From: a virus | Taxonomy: Duplodnaviria > Heunggongvirae > Uroviricota > Caudoviricetes | Strand: one strand, 5' to 3' | IMG/VR virus record: IMGVR_UViG_3300021431_000002 | Length of the DNA: 64,000 bases | Shown: positions 18,407-26,561 of the stretch, piece by piece | Position numbering within the stretch: position 1 is the stretch's first letter | Layout: each line of letters starts with the position of its first letter | Notes under the pieces: model-generated | Seen by the model: only the letters and a program-made list of their open reading frames with translations | What the model was told of the DNA's origin: nothing | Databases searched by the model: none | Program-made: the position numbers and the translations under genes

Positions 18407-19507
18407 TTAGACCGCAATTTTCATGCAAAGGTCATACGCACCTTGTATCTTGTTGTAGATATTTCCGTCAAGGATAGAGTCAAACTTGATTTCTGTGCTG
18501 CGCTCTGTCGCTTCATTCTGAAAGTAACTTGTCAGTCCATTCATCAGCCACATGGCAGTACCCTTTTCTTGACCCTCTTGACCAATGCCACTTTCAAGGC
18601 ACTCACGCACACCAAGGAACAAATTGCGTCCTCGTGTCTTGATGTCCTCATGGTTGATGTTTCTTGTCTCCATGAAAACCTTTGCAGCGTCCTTTGAGAG
18701 AACCGTCTGTGCGATAATGTTCTCCAAGTCTCTCTCTGCTAACTTGATGTTGCGAAGATGGTCGAAGCACTCTTTCATTCCATCAGTGTATACCTTTGCC
18801 ACGTTGAGAGCCTTATAAGCGAACTCTGCATTCTCTTGATTAAGCAAATCAAGTCTATCCATGACCTTAGAAGAATGACGGAAAGCAATGCGTCCGATGT
18901 TGTCTTTCATCGCCCAATTAAGGGTATTGTTGCAAACTACACGCACTGGAGTAACCATACAACGAACTGAACCAGTGCCGTCATGTGATGTAGTGAAAAC
19001 CACATACATATCCACCAAATCGTCACGCTGCGCATCAAGAACAATCTGCTGTGGGAACTTTGCAGTAACAAATACTCGCTCTCCACGTCCTAACACTCCG
19101 CAAGTCTCAATTACTGGAGTGTTGTCTCTGTCGGCAAACTTGCCACTACAGAACATATCCACGAACTTGAAAGCGTCCTCGTTCTGAACAATACCATACT
19201 TGTCGGACACAATGCCAAGTGACTTGTTGGTATCTGTGCGCACGGTTGCCCTTGTGTTGTCGATGATAAGGGAGAGCAACTTGTCTGCTTCAATGCTCTC
19301 ACCATTCTCCATTGCATGAACAATCTCGTCAGACAAAGCAACCACTGGCTGCAACTTCACATTATAGTCAGCATGACACAACTTCAAAGCGTCTGCCACA
19401 AACATAGGCTCGTCAACCACTTGTCCAAGTCCATGCCAAGCACGCTCACGCTTCCCATTCTCAGCGAAACTTGCAACTCCGTTTACCATTTCAATCTTTG
19501 CACTCAT
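18407..19507 (-). CDS. DUF932 / TIGR03299 phage-plasmid protein
   Basis: AWHGLG; LG.VS.KY..VQN.DAF.F; ET.G.L..GERVF; HDG.GS; TP.RVVC.NTL; RHS. Confidence 0.85.
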   Translation of the reverse strand: MSAKIEMVNGVASFAENGKRERAWHGLGQVVDEPMFVADALKLCHADYNVKLQPVVALSDEIVHAMENGESIEADKLLSLIIDNTRATVRTDTNKSLGIVSDKYGIVQNEDAFKFVDMFCSGKFADRDNTPVIETCGVLGRGERVFVTAKFPQQIVLDAQRDDLVDMYVVFTTSHDGTGSVRCMVTPVRVVCNNTLNWAMKDNIGRIAFRHSSKVMDRLDLLNQENAEFAYKALNVAKVYTDGMKECFDHLRNIKLAERDLENIIAQTVLSKDAAKVFMETRNINHEDIKTRGRNLFLGVRECLESGIGQEGQEKGTAMWLMNGLTSYFQNEATERSTEIKFDSILDGNIYNKIQGAYDLCMKIAV

Positions 19508-19642
19508 AGTCTAAATCTCCTTTTAAATTAATAATGTTGTTTCTTAATCACAATGCAAAGGTACGAAATTATTTTCAATCTACCAAACAAAAAATAAATT
19601 ATTTTCAATTTATAATAGTTTTTTTCTCATTTCTTGACAAAA

Positions 19643-20041
19643 TTACCTTTTTTTCTTTGGCTTTTTAATGACTTCTACCCTAATTTTCTCTTTCTTGAAA
19701 TTCTTTTGAGACTTATGCTGCAATATATCTATGTAATGATTAAACCTCTTATTCATGGTGTCTCGCACTTCATAATACCCATGTCCTTCTATATGAATCA
19801 CACTACCCAAAGGGATGTACCGAAGCAAATCTCTGCTCACGGCACAATATTTAATCTTTCCCCTTTTGAGTTTATTTATGTCAATCTTTGTACCATCAGC
19901 AGTAATCAATGGACTATCGTCACATTGACTTGCAACTGCATTGTAAGTGGTTAATGTTACGTGAGTGATAAATGGTTTATCTTTGGCAAAGGTGACAGAT
20001 GCCACCAATGCCATTATAAAGATGATAAATAACTTTCTCAT
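19643..20041 (-). CDS. secreted 3D-domain (MltA-like) protein
   Basis: Signal peptide; T.YNA..SQCD..PLITADG, AVSRDL, IPLGS.I.IEG, VRDTMN.RF..YIDI. Confidence 0.75.
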   Translation of the reverse strand: MRKLFIIFIMALVASVTFAKDKPFITHVTLTTYNAVASQCDDSPLITADGTKIDINKLKRGKIKYCAVSRDLLRYIPLGSVIHIEGHGYYEVRDTMNKRFNHYIDILQHKSQKNFKKEKIRVEVIKKPKKKR

Positions 20042-20042
20042 A

Positions 20043-20480
20043 TTAATATGGATAATCAATTTCTTTAAAATAATCTATAATCTTTTTAGAGGTCTGCGCT
20101 GCATATTGATTGCGAGGGTCAAAACGTCCACTTTCACAGCATTTAGCCAATTCCTCGATATATGCCAAACATACCTTAAACATTTCGTTCTGCAAGTATC
20201 TGTGCTCACGGCACATCATTTCTGCTACGTGCTTCGTGCTATGCAACTTGCCATTAACAAAATTGCCAAAGAAACGTGCAAACACATCGTCACTATTCTC
20301 GCCACATTTTGGGCAAAGGTCATACTCAAAACGTTCCAATACCTTTTCCATGAGAAAATCTCTATCCTCAGAACAAGCCTTGGTATCATCTTTAATGAGA
20401 CGAAGAATCTGCTCGTTACTCAACTGATAACTCTCATACTCACGTCCGTCAATTGTAAATTTCTTACTTGCCATAATCAC
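20043..20480 (-). CDS. hypothetical protein
   Basis: 145 aa; promoter 20501. Confidence 0.8.
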   Translation of the reverse strand: MIMASKKFTIDGREYESYQLSNEQILRLIKDDTKACSEDRDFLMEKVLERFEYDLCPKCGENSDDVFARFFGNFVNGKLHSTKHVAEMMCREHRYLQNEMFKVCLAYIEELAKCCESGRFDPRNQYAAQTSKKIIDYFKEIDYPY

Positions 20481-20625
20481 TTCATTCTTTAATTCCGCTG
20501 CAAAGGTACGAAAAAAAATTCATTCCACCAAATAAAAACAGAATTATTTTCAATTTATAATAATTTTTTCTTTTTATATATTATAATAAGGTGAAAATAA
20601 TTTTTTGAAAATAATTCCTTCAAAA

Positions 20626-20657
20626 TTTGGTTATTTCAAAATAAATTCGTACCTTTG
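20626..20657 (+). promoter_or_regulatory. plus-strand sigma-A promoter, divergent from promoter 20501
   Basis: TTTG ... TACCTTTG (20650-20657). Confidence 0.8.
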
Positions 20658-20685
20658 CACCACAAAAGCAATAAAACAAAAAGAA

Positions 20686-20916
20686 ATGGATAAAAACATT
20701 AACGTAAGAGTTATGGGTTTCCCAAAGGAAAACTATGACAAGGAGACGCTTGACAAACTTAGTGACAGAGAACTGAGTGATTGGGCATTGGCTGACGGAG
20801 ATACTGCAATCTTTGAGGATTTGAAAGAATTTCAAGAAATCCTTAATGATAAAACAAGTTTCTCTAAAGAGCAAGTGAAAAATAACTGGTGGTATTTCTT
20901 AACTGACTTGGCATGA
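20686..20916 (+). CDS. hypothetical protein
   Basis: ATG 20686, downstream of the promoter. Confidence 0.8.
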   Translation: MDKNINVRVMGFPKENYDKETLDKLSDRELSDWALADGDTAIFEDLKEFQEILNDKTSFSKEQVKNNWWYFLTDLA

Positions 20917-21257
20917 GGAAAGAACACTTGGAAATTGCAAGGGCTTTATATAAACCTACACCAAAGGTTGAAGCCCTTGTTCTCAAATTATATGACTTGC
21001 TTGATAAACCACTACTAAATGGGGCGACTATAACATCCCTAAGTTTTAAAAAAGGTGCTCTGACACTTGGTGGCTTGTCTGTCAAGGAACTCGTCAAAAG
21101 TGGACAGCATTGCGGTGTAGAGGTGCATTGGTATCCAGATTTCACATTGTCCACAAAAACTGACCCATTCTGTAGTGCTTTCATATTGCGCTACAACTCT
21201 CTTGAAAAACTCTGCCGTGAGGTGGAAAAGGTACTCTCATCAATGAGAGTTGCGTAA
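20913..21257 (+). CDS. hypothetical protein
   Basis: 114 aa; ATGA-coupled. Confidence 0.8.
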   Translation: MRKEHLEIARALYKPTPKVEALVLKLYDLLDKPLLNGATITSLSFKKGALTLGGLSVKELVKSGQHCGVEVHWYPDFTLSTKTDPFCSAFILRYNSLEKLCREVEKVLSSMRVA

Positions 21258-21287
21258 ACAACATTTAAATTAGTATTAATATTAACA

Positions 21288-21325
21288 GTACTGACCCCAT
21301 TGTTGTTGAAACAGTGGGGTTGTAC
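21288..21325 (+). terminator. hairpin terminator
   Basis: ACCCCATTGTT/AACAGTGGGGT stem followed by a T-run. Confidence 0.6.
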
Positions 21326-21349
21326 TTTTTTAAGTCTATATTATACATA

Positions 21350-21490
21350 ATGGCAATAAACATACATTGTAAAACAATCAATGAGGTTGCTATACTAGCG
21401 TTATATTCCAATTATAGGGGAGGAATCATCACATTTGATGAACTCAAGGAACAAGGTAAGAAGTTTGGGGCTGTAATTACAGCATCATGA
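21350..21490 (+). CDS. small hypothetical protein
   Basis: 46 aa, between repeat copies 1 and 2. Confidence 0.55.
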   Translation: MAINIHCKTINEVAILALYSNYRGGIITFDELKEQGKKFGAVITAS

Positions 21491-21631
21491 ATAGTAACCC
21501 ATTTTGTACTTATTTAAGTCTATTTATATATTATTGAGCGTAATAATTTGCTTTTCTCGATTATTTTTCATATCTTTGCACTGTATATATTGTATCCAAT
21601 TGGATACTGACAGTAAATTATTAAATAAGAC

Positions 21632-21850
21632 ATGGCAAAATATTACATTAATCAAAAAAACGGAAAACGTAAGTATATTAAAGACATCGACTTTGCTCAA
21701 GAAAAACTTACATTCACTGAGGATGAAGACGATGCATACAGAGGAAGGGATGGATACTATGCAATTCCAACTAGAGACTTAATTCGAAGGAATTTCGTTG
21801 ATGAGTATCCAGAAGTTGCAGAACTAGAATGCACAGCAGCATACTATTAA
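21632..21850 (+). CDS. hypothetical protein (paralog of 21909-22142)
   Basis: 72 aa; promoter TATCTTTG at 21571. Confidence 0.8.
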   Translation: MAKYYINQKNGKRKYIKDIDFAQEKLTFTEDEDDAYRGRDGYYAIPTRDLIRRNFVDEYPEVAELECTAAYY

Positions 21851-21908
21851 TGGCAACACCCATATTGTACTTATTTAAGTCTAATAACACACTAAAAGGA
21901 TAAAAATT

Positions 21909-22142
21909 ATGTACGGATATTTACTACAAAACTCAAACGATGAATACCTAAAAACGCTAGATACAGCGGAAGGTAAAATAGAATTCACTAAAGAACCTAG
22001 TGAAGCAAGAAACTATGCTGGTCGTCCAGGTGGAGGACAATGGGATGCTGAAAATGAAAAACAATACCTAGACTTCCATTTTGGAGAAGAATATGGAGAA
22101 AGGGTAACATCACTCAGATGCGTGCTTAGAGAATGGGAATAA
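21909..22142 (+). CDS. hypothetical protein (paralog of 21632-21850)
   Basis: 77 aa, between repeat copies 3 and 4. Confidence 0.8.
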   Translation: MYGYLLQNSNDEYLKTLDTAEGKIEFTKEPSEARNYAGRPGGGQWDAENEKQYLDFHFGEEYGERVTSLRCVLREWE

Positions 22143-22184
22143 ACCCCTATGCTGTACTTAATTAAGTCCAAATAATATATTATT

Positions 22185-22259
22185 ATGGATAAAACTATAT
22201 TAGAGTTTACCCCAAACGGAAAAAATAATATTAAACGAATAAAGGATGAGACCAATTGA
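22185..22259 (+). CDS. micro-ORF
   Basis: 24 aa, between repeat copy 4 and the terminator. Confidence 0.35.
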   Translation: MDKTILEFTPNGKNNIKRIKDETN

Positions 22260-22271
22260 GCCTCATCCTTT
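22241..22271 (+). terminator. intrinsic (possibly bidirectional) terminator
   Basis: AAAGGATGAG/CTCATCCTTT plus T-run. Confidence 0.65.
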
Positions 22272-22314
22272 TTTTATTTCTACCCCTAACTTGTACTTAT
22301 TTAAGTCCAATTCC

Positions 22315-22824
22315 TTAACCAAAGAACGTTCCGTCATTCTGAGGCCATCTTCCATCTGGCTCGTATGCCGCACATTGAAGAACCTTTGAAGTATTATTGG
22401 TCATATTCGACAGCAACTTGGATGCATCATGCTTCTTCATACTCTCCGATAAGTTCTTATATGAGGCACGAAAATTTAGATTTTTTGTTCCAGTATAACA
22501 TGCGACATATACTGTTCCAAGATTCTGAATAATCTCTCGCTGATATAATTGCATGTAAATACCACTAGACTTCAAGAAATTCTCAAACGCCTCAAGTTGA
22601 TAAAAACAACGTGGCTGCTTGCTAATATCAGACCATTCGTAAAAGTATATACGTATCTCTTTGCTAAACTGAATTTCACCCTCACTATACTGACCAGGTA
22701 TCCTATGTACACTATTAGGGTAACTGCCACCATAATAAGGAGAACGATATGTAGTAGTCGATTGTTTCCTTTTGCTAATTAACGACCTTCTAAATAAATC
22801 TCTTAATTCTTTACTTCTATTCAT
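22315..22824 (-). CDS. hypothetical protein
   Basis: 169 aa; shares an IYFY...F..F...GI domain with the neighbouring gene. Confidence 0.8.
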   Translation of the reverse strand: MNRSKELRDLFRRSLISKRKQSTTTYRSPYYGGSYPNSVHRIPGQYSEGEIQFSKEIRIYFYEWSDISKQPRCFYQLEAFENFLKSSGIYMQLYQREIIQNLGTVYVACYTGTKNLNFRASYKNLSESMKKHDASKLLSNMTNNTSKVLQCAAYEPDGRWPQNDGTFFG

Positions 22825-22829
22825 AATGT

Positions 22830-23567
22830 TTACATGTCACCTAATTCTTGTTCATCACAAGCCTCAAAAAACATTTCGCCATAACTATGTTCAGCCATTA
22901 TTTCCAATAAACCAATCTTCTCGGATTCTGGACACAAACAACAATGGCTCTCATATCTCCATGCTAAGTCATTGGCAACTTCCCTAGATACAAAATATCC
23001 TTGACTTTCACAGTAATCATTGAACTCTTTGATAGAGTTGAATTCTAATTTATCGTCCTTGCAATGATAATCTGGATAAAACCATATCTCCTTGTATTCT
23101 GTATCATCTTCATTCGATGAACACGCCAATCCAATATCATCTAAATTATATTCATCTTCATAGCCACTATAAGGAGCATTTATGTCTATCATTTTAGCCT
23201 TTTTGCCCTTCTTATGCTTCATCTTACCCTTACCACCCTTGTAAAAAGATTCTTCACGCTCTTCTTGAGACCAGAAATCTTGAAATGGGTCTTTCTTCTT
23301 CCCCTTTCCCTTTCCTTTGCCTTTGGGATTCAAAATTAAGACATCATTGTTCTTGAGAGGGAAAACAACATCACCCTCATCGTCAATGTCATCATCCCAA
23401 CCAGGAAATACCCTATCCCAATAAGCAGCCATATCGTCATAGTCATCCCAATCTTCATAACTACTGTGAATAGGCTCTTTAGCCTTGCGTGATAAGTATT
23501 CATGAAATAAACTAATAAGATTAGGCTTAACCTTATTAGGAATATCTATTTTAATTTTCTTTGACAT
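22830..23567 (-). CDS. charge-patterned hypothetical protein
   Basis: 245 aa; acidic blocks and KGKGKGK tract; promoter 23588. Confidence 0.85.
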   Translation of the reverse strand: MSKKIKIDIPNKVKPNLISLFHEYLSRKAKEPIHSSYEDWDDYDDMAAYWDRVFPGWDDDIDDEGDVVFPLKNNDVLILNPKGKGKGKGKKKDPFQDFWSQEEREESFYKGGKGKMKHKKGKKAKMIDINAPYSGYEDEYNLDDIGLACSSNEDDTEYKEIWFYPDYHCKDDKLEFNSIKEFNDYCESQGYFVSREVANDLAWRYESHCCLCPESEKIGLLEIMAEHSYGEMFFEACDEQELGDM

Positions 23568-23648
23568 ATATACTATATATTATAATGCAAATATATGAAA
23601 AATTTTTCAATTAGCAAAATATATTAATCTTTTTTAATGATATTTACT

Positions 23649-24161
23649 TTATGTACAAGTAGATTTTTCGAAAAGACGGTATTTGCCGTTTATCATACCA
23701 CTTACATTGCCGTTTTTATCCAATAAATGAATCCTATCCTTATACACTATAATCATCTGATTATTCTCTTCACCATTCTTGCTAATTTCATATATGATGC
23801 TACTGTATTCGCCAACTACTTTATGAGACCAAGTTTTACAGCTAATCGTACATACATAATCATCTAAAGCAATACGTAGCAGCCTTTCAGCATCAAATAA
23901 TTTCTCTCGTAATGCAGTATAAAAAACAGACACGAAAATCTCACTAGAAATAATAGCAATATATACGTGAGGATATTTTTCATGCTTTTCATCTGACAAA
24001 CTTTCTTCATATGCGCACACTTTACTCCTTAAAGAATTTATGTCTAGAGCTGGATTCGTCAACCCCACATGTTCGCATAAACTATCTAAGTTTTGGTATG
24101 ATGTAGAGCTAACATCGTTACCAATAAATTTCATTATGTTATAATACCTGAATCTTTTCAT
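23649..24161 (-). CDS. hypothetical protein
   Basis: Long ORF; start uncertain. Confidence 0.65.
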   Translation of the reverse strand: MKRFRYYNIMKFIGNDVSSTSYQNLDSLCEHVGLTNPALDINSLRSKVCAYEESLSDEKHEKYPHVYIAIISSEIFVSVFYTALREKLFDAERLLRIALDDYVCTISCKTWSHKVVGEYSSIIYEISKNGEENNQMIIVYKDRIHLLDKNGNVSGMINGKYRLFEKSTCT

Positions 24162-24443
24162 TTTATTTTTTAATTTTTTTTTTCTGGAATATAAAAGCAA
24201 CAGTTTTTTCTTCTATATTTCCCCTATATTATTTCTTATATATGATAGTTTTCTAATTTGTTTCACCCCATCTGTCTCATCAATTTCTCACGGAAATATT
24301 TTTCACCATAAACGCTTTATAAATACGCCTATTCATTGTATTTCCAATATATCATTTTTTTCTCTCTTATGCTCCTAATTATCAATGACTTACACGTTTG
24401 TAAAGTATATATTTTTGTATGGTTTATATAGATTCTCTACGTG

Positions 24444-24845
24444 TCATTCGCTATTTTTGATTACAGTGATTATGTATTTATATGTCGATAGTGAAAGTTT
24501 ATATTTTTTGAAGAGCATTTTAACAGTGTTGACTAGTCCTTGTTTAGTTTGTGTGATGTACCAGTCTTCAAGTTTTCTGTTTTTATTAAATTTGATATAG
24601 TCATGTTTATACTCCACGATTTCTTGTTCTTCATATACCACGTTCTCAATAGTTCTTCCAAATAGCCATGTTGTTTGTCCTATTAGCGAGAAGACGTTTA
24701 CTTCTCCAGATAATAGTGGTACTTTTGTTTTTTTTGTATTAGTTGTTTTTGTTATGTGCAGTGTAGGAAAGGTCACTGCTCTATTTAGGTATATGAAGTA
24801 TGTTATTTTGTTATGCAGTTGTGGTAATAGTTCTTCAATTTTCAT
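24444..24845 (-). CDS. hypothetical protein, diverged paralog array member 1
   Basis: WYITQTKQGLVNTVK motif. Confidence 0.7.
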   Translation of the reverse strand: MKIEELLPQLHNKITYFIYLNRAVTFPTLHITKTTNTKKTKVPLLSGEVNVFSLIGQTTWLFGRTIENVVYEEQEIVEYKHDYIKFNKNRKLEDWYITQTKQGLVNTVKMLFKKYKLSLSTYKYIITVIKNSE

Positions 24846-25080
24846 TATTAGAGTTTTTAAGTATGTTTTCTATTTTAGCGAGTGTCGCTTTTATTGTGAA
24901 TGTTCCGTATTTTTGCAAGTAGTCGAATTGTGCGTCTTTTGCAGTGATTGCTTCATCGACAGTATATTTTTTTTCTTGTCTAAACTCTTCGAAGGGTTTG
25001 AAGAACAAATCCATTATTGTTGTCACGTTCATGATGTGTTTCATTTCTGTGAGTATGAGTTTTGCGTCTGAATTTTCCAT
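24835..25080 (-). CDS. hypothetical protein
   Basis: 81 aa; overlaps neighbours in operon. Confidence 0.7.
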   Translation of the reverse strand: MENSDAKLILTEMKHIMNVTTIMDLFFKPFEEFRQEKKYTVDEAITAKDAQFDYLQKYGTFTIKATLAKIENILKNSNNEN

Positions 25081-25081
25081 A

Positions 25082-25585
25082 TCACAAAGATTTTATTTTT
25101 TCGTTTAGTGTGTTATAGATTTGATATAGTTTTTCAACTGTATTATCATAGAGGACTGTATATGTATGTGTAAGTGTAGAGTTTTGTCTTATTATGGTTC
25201 TTCTCAGTTCTTCTATTCTTATTATTTTTTTCTTAATAACTCTTTTAATGATTCTCATCATTAGTTGTTTATCGTTAGTGATGAGTTTCATTTTGTTTAC
25301 ATACATTGTGGTTTTTGATATGAATGCGAATTGTTTTGTTGTTTCGTTTGCATATAGTACATCTATATTGGGAAGATAGATTATTCCTTGTGGTGTATTT
25401 GTTGTGATTGTTGCGATTGACATTGACTCTATTGTGTCTACTGACACGGTTGTTGCTTTATTGGTTTTATTGACTACTAAGTCCATGCCTTGGTATTTAT
25501 CCACAAAGAATGTATCTAGATGTCCTAACATTCCTAGGTTGAACATATAGATGAATTTATCGTTATCTTTATTAGTCCACGTCAT
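25082..25585 (-). CDS. hypothetical protein, paralog array member 2
   Basis: LITNDKQLMMRIIK motif. Confidence 0.8.
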   Translation of the reverse strand: MTWTNKDNDKFIYMFNLGMLGHLDTFFVDKYQGMDLVVNKTNKATTVSVDTIESMSIATITTNTPQGIIYLPNIDVLYANETTKQFAFISKTTMYVNKMKLITNDKQLMMRIIKRVIKKKIIRIEELRRTIIRQNSTLTHTYTVLYDNTVEKLYQIYNTLNEKIKSL

Positions 25586-26076
25586 AGTTTTTTAATGGTT
25601 TCTATTGTTTGTCTATATGCGTTCATAGCATTTACTTTCAGTTCTCTATATTTTTGTATAGAATTCAGTATGTATTGTACATCCATTATTGTTCTTGTTA
25701 CAGCATTTAATCTAGCTTTATTTGCTTTTTGCCCTAGTGTATCGATTCTTGATTCTAGATGTTCTATGCCTTTATGAAATTGTTTTTTATAGTAGTCGAA
25801 GAGTATTTTTTTATCGGTTGTATATATTTGGAATGGTGATTCTATTGTGATATGTTTAGAGTTTTTATGGTACTTTGCTGTTGACAGTTCTTTCACGTTC
25901 ATATCTTTTCCTTGTATGAAGTAGAGTCTTGACGAATCTGTTGTTCCGCAAGCTAGTCCTACCACGTCTGTTAGTGGTGGTAGAATTGGAGTCATAGGAA
26001 CTAGGTAAGTGAATATTTCTGGCTTAATTACCTGTCCTACGTATATTGTCAATTTATCCTCATTAGTCCAAATCAT
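25582..26076 (-). CDS. hypothetical protein, paralog array member 3
   Basis: IYTTDKKILFDYYK motif. Confidence 0.8.
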   Translation of the reverse strand: MIWTNEDKLTIYVGQVIKPEIFTYLVPMTPILPPLTDVVGLACGTTDSSRLYFIQGKDMNVKELSTAKYHKNSKHITIESPFQIYTTDKKILFDYYKKQFHKGIEHLESRIDTLGQKANKARLNAVTRTIMDVQYILNSIQKYRELKVNAMNAYRQTIETIKKL

Positions 26077-26561
26077 GCTTTCTTAAGGTTTGTTATTAGT
26101 TCTTTTGAGTTTGCTTTAATTGTTTTTATTTGTTTATAGCTTTGGTTAATGAATTCATCATATAGTGTGGTTCTTCTTTCCACGCTGAAGGGTGTGGCAG
26201 ATAGATTTCTCTTCATGTCTTGTGCTCTTACTATGTCATTTTCTAATTTTTGTAACATTGTTGTTACTTCTCGTTTGATATAGTCAAAGAGTTCTTTTTG
26301 TGAGTTGGAATAGATTTTTTGTCCTAGATAGATTATGTTTTTGTTTTTTGTTTCTATTTTCACTACCATTCCCATTGATATAATATTAGGTCTATCTCCG
26401 ACAATGGCATAATGGTTAGAATTTTCTTTAAATCCTAAAATCGTGAGACCTTTTGAGACGGTTCTAACGTCAGCTATTTTTCCAGCAGACGCTTGGAAGC
26501 TATTGGTTTTGATGTATTTAAGGCTATTTATATAATACAATGTAAATGGTTTATCGTTCAT
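26073..26561 (-). CDS. hypothetical protein, paralog array member 4
   Basis: IYSNSQKELFDYIK motif. Confidence 0.8.
   Translation of the reverse strand: MNDKPFTLYYINSLKYIKTNSFQASAGKIADVRTVSKGLTILGFKENSNHYAIVGDRPNIISMGMVVKIETKNKNIIYLGQKIYSNSQKELFDYIKREVTTMLQKLENDIVRAQDMKRNLSATPFSVERRTTLYDEFINQSYKQIKTIKANSKELITNLKKA

Larger units (their letters stand above)
138..20508 (-). promoter_or_regulatory. Array of 27 Bacteroidota sigma-A promoters (-33 TTTG / -7 TAnnTTTG, mostly CGTACCTTTGCA)
   Basis: The -7 box (read as CAAAnnTA on +) starts at 138, 819, 2289, 3209, 3917, 4788, 5819, 6594, 6935, 7749, 8300, 8472, 9005, 10216, 11683, 12230, 13021, 13326, 14472, 15025, 15607, 16290, 16799, 17738, 18332, 19556, 20501. 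A CAAA (-33) lies about 20 nt away (e.g. 819-826 and 847-850). Most copies sit just upstream of a minus-strand start. Confidence 0.92.
17779..20562. promoter_or_regulatory. Identical 21-bp box AATTATTTTCAATTTATAATA upstream of three promoters
   Basis: Copies at 17779-17799, 19597-19617 and 20542-20562, each starting 10 positions beyond the -33 box. Confidence 0.6.
21321..22307. repeat. five copies of the palindromic 16-mer TGTACTTATTTAAGTC
   Basis: Copies at 21321, 21505, 21866, 22153 and 22292; core ACTTA-NN-TAAGT inverted repeat. Confidence 0.85.

Noticed and set aside
21321-22307. XerCD dif or integron attC identity for the 16-mer
   Set aside because: Lacks the XerD TTATGTTAAAT arm and the attC RYYYAAC/GTTRRRY ends; kept only as an unknown site
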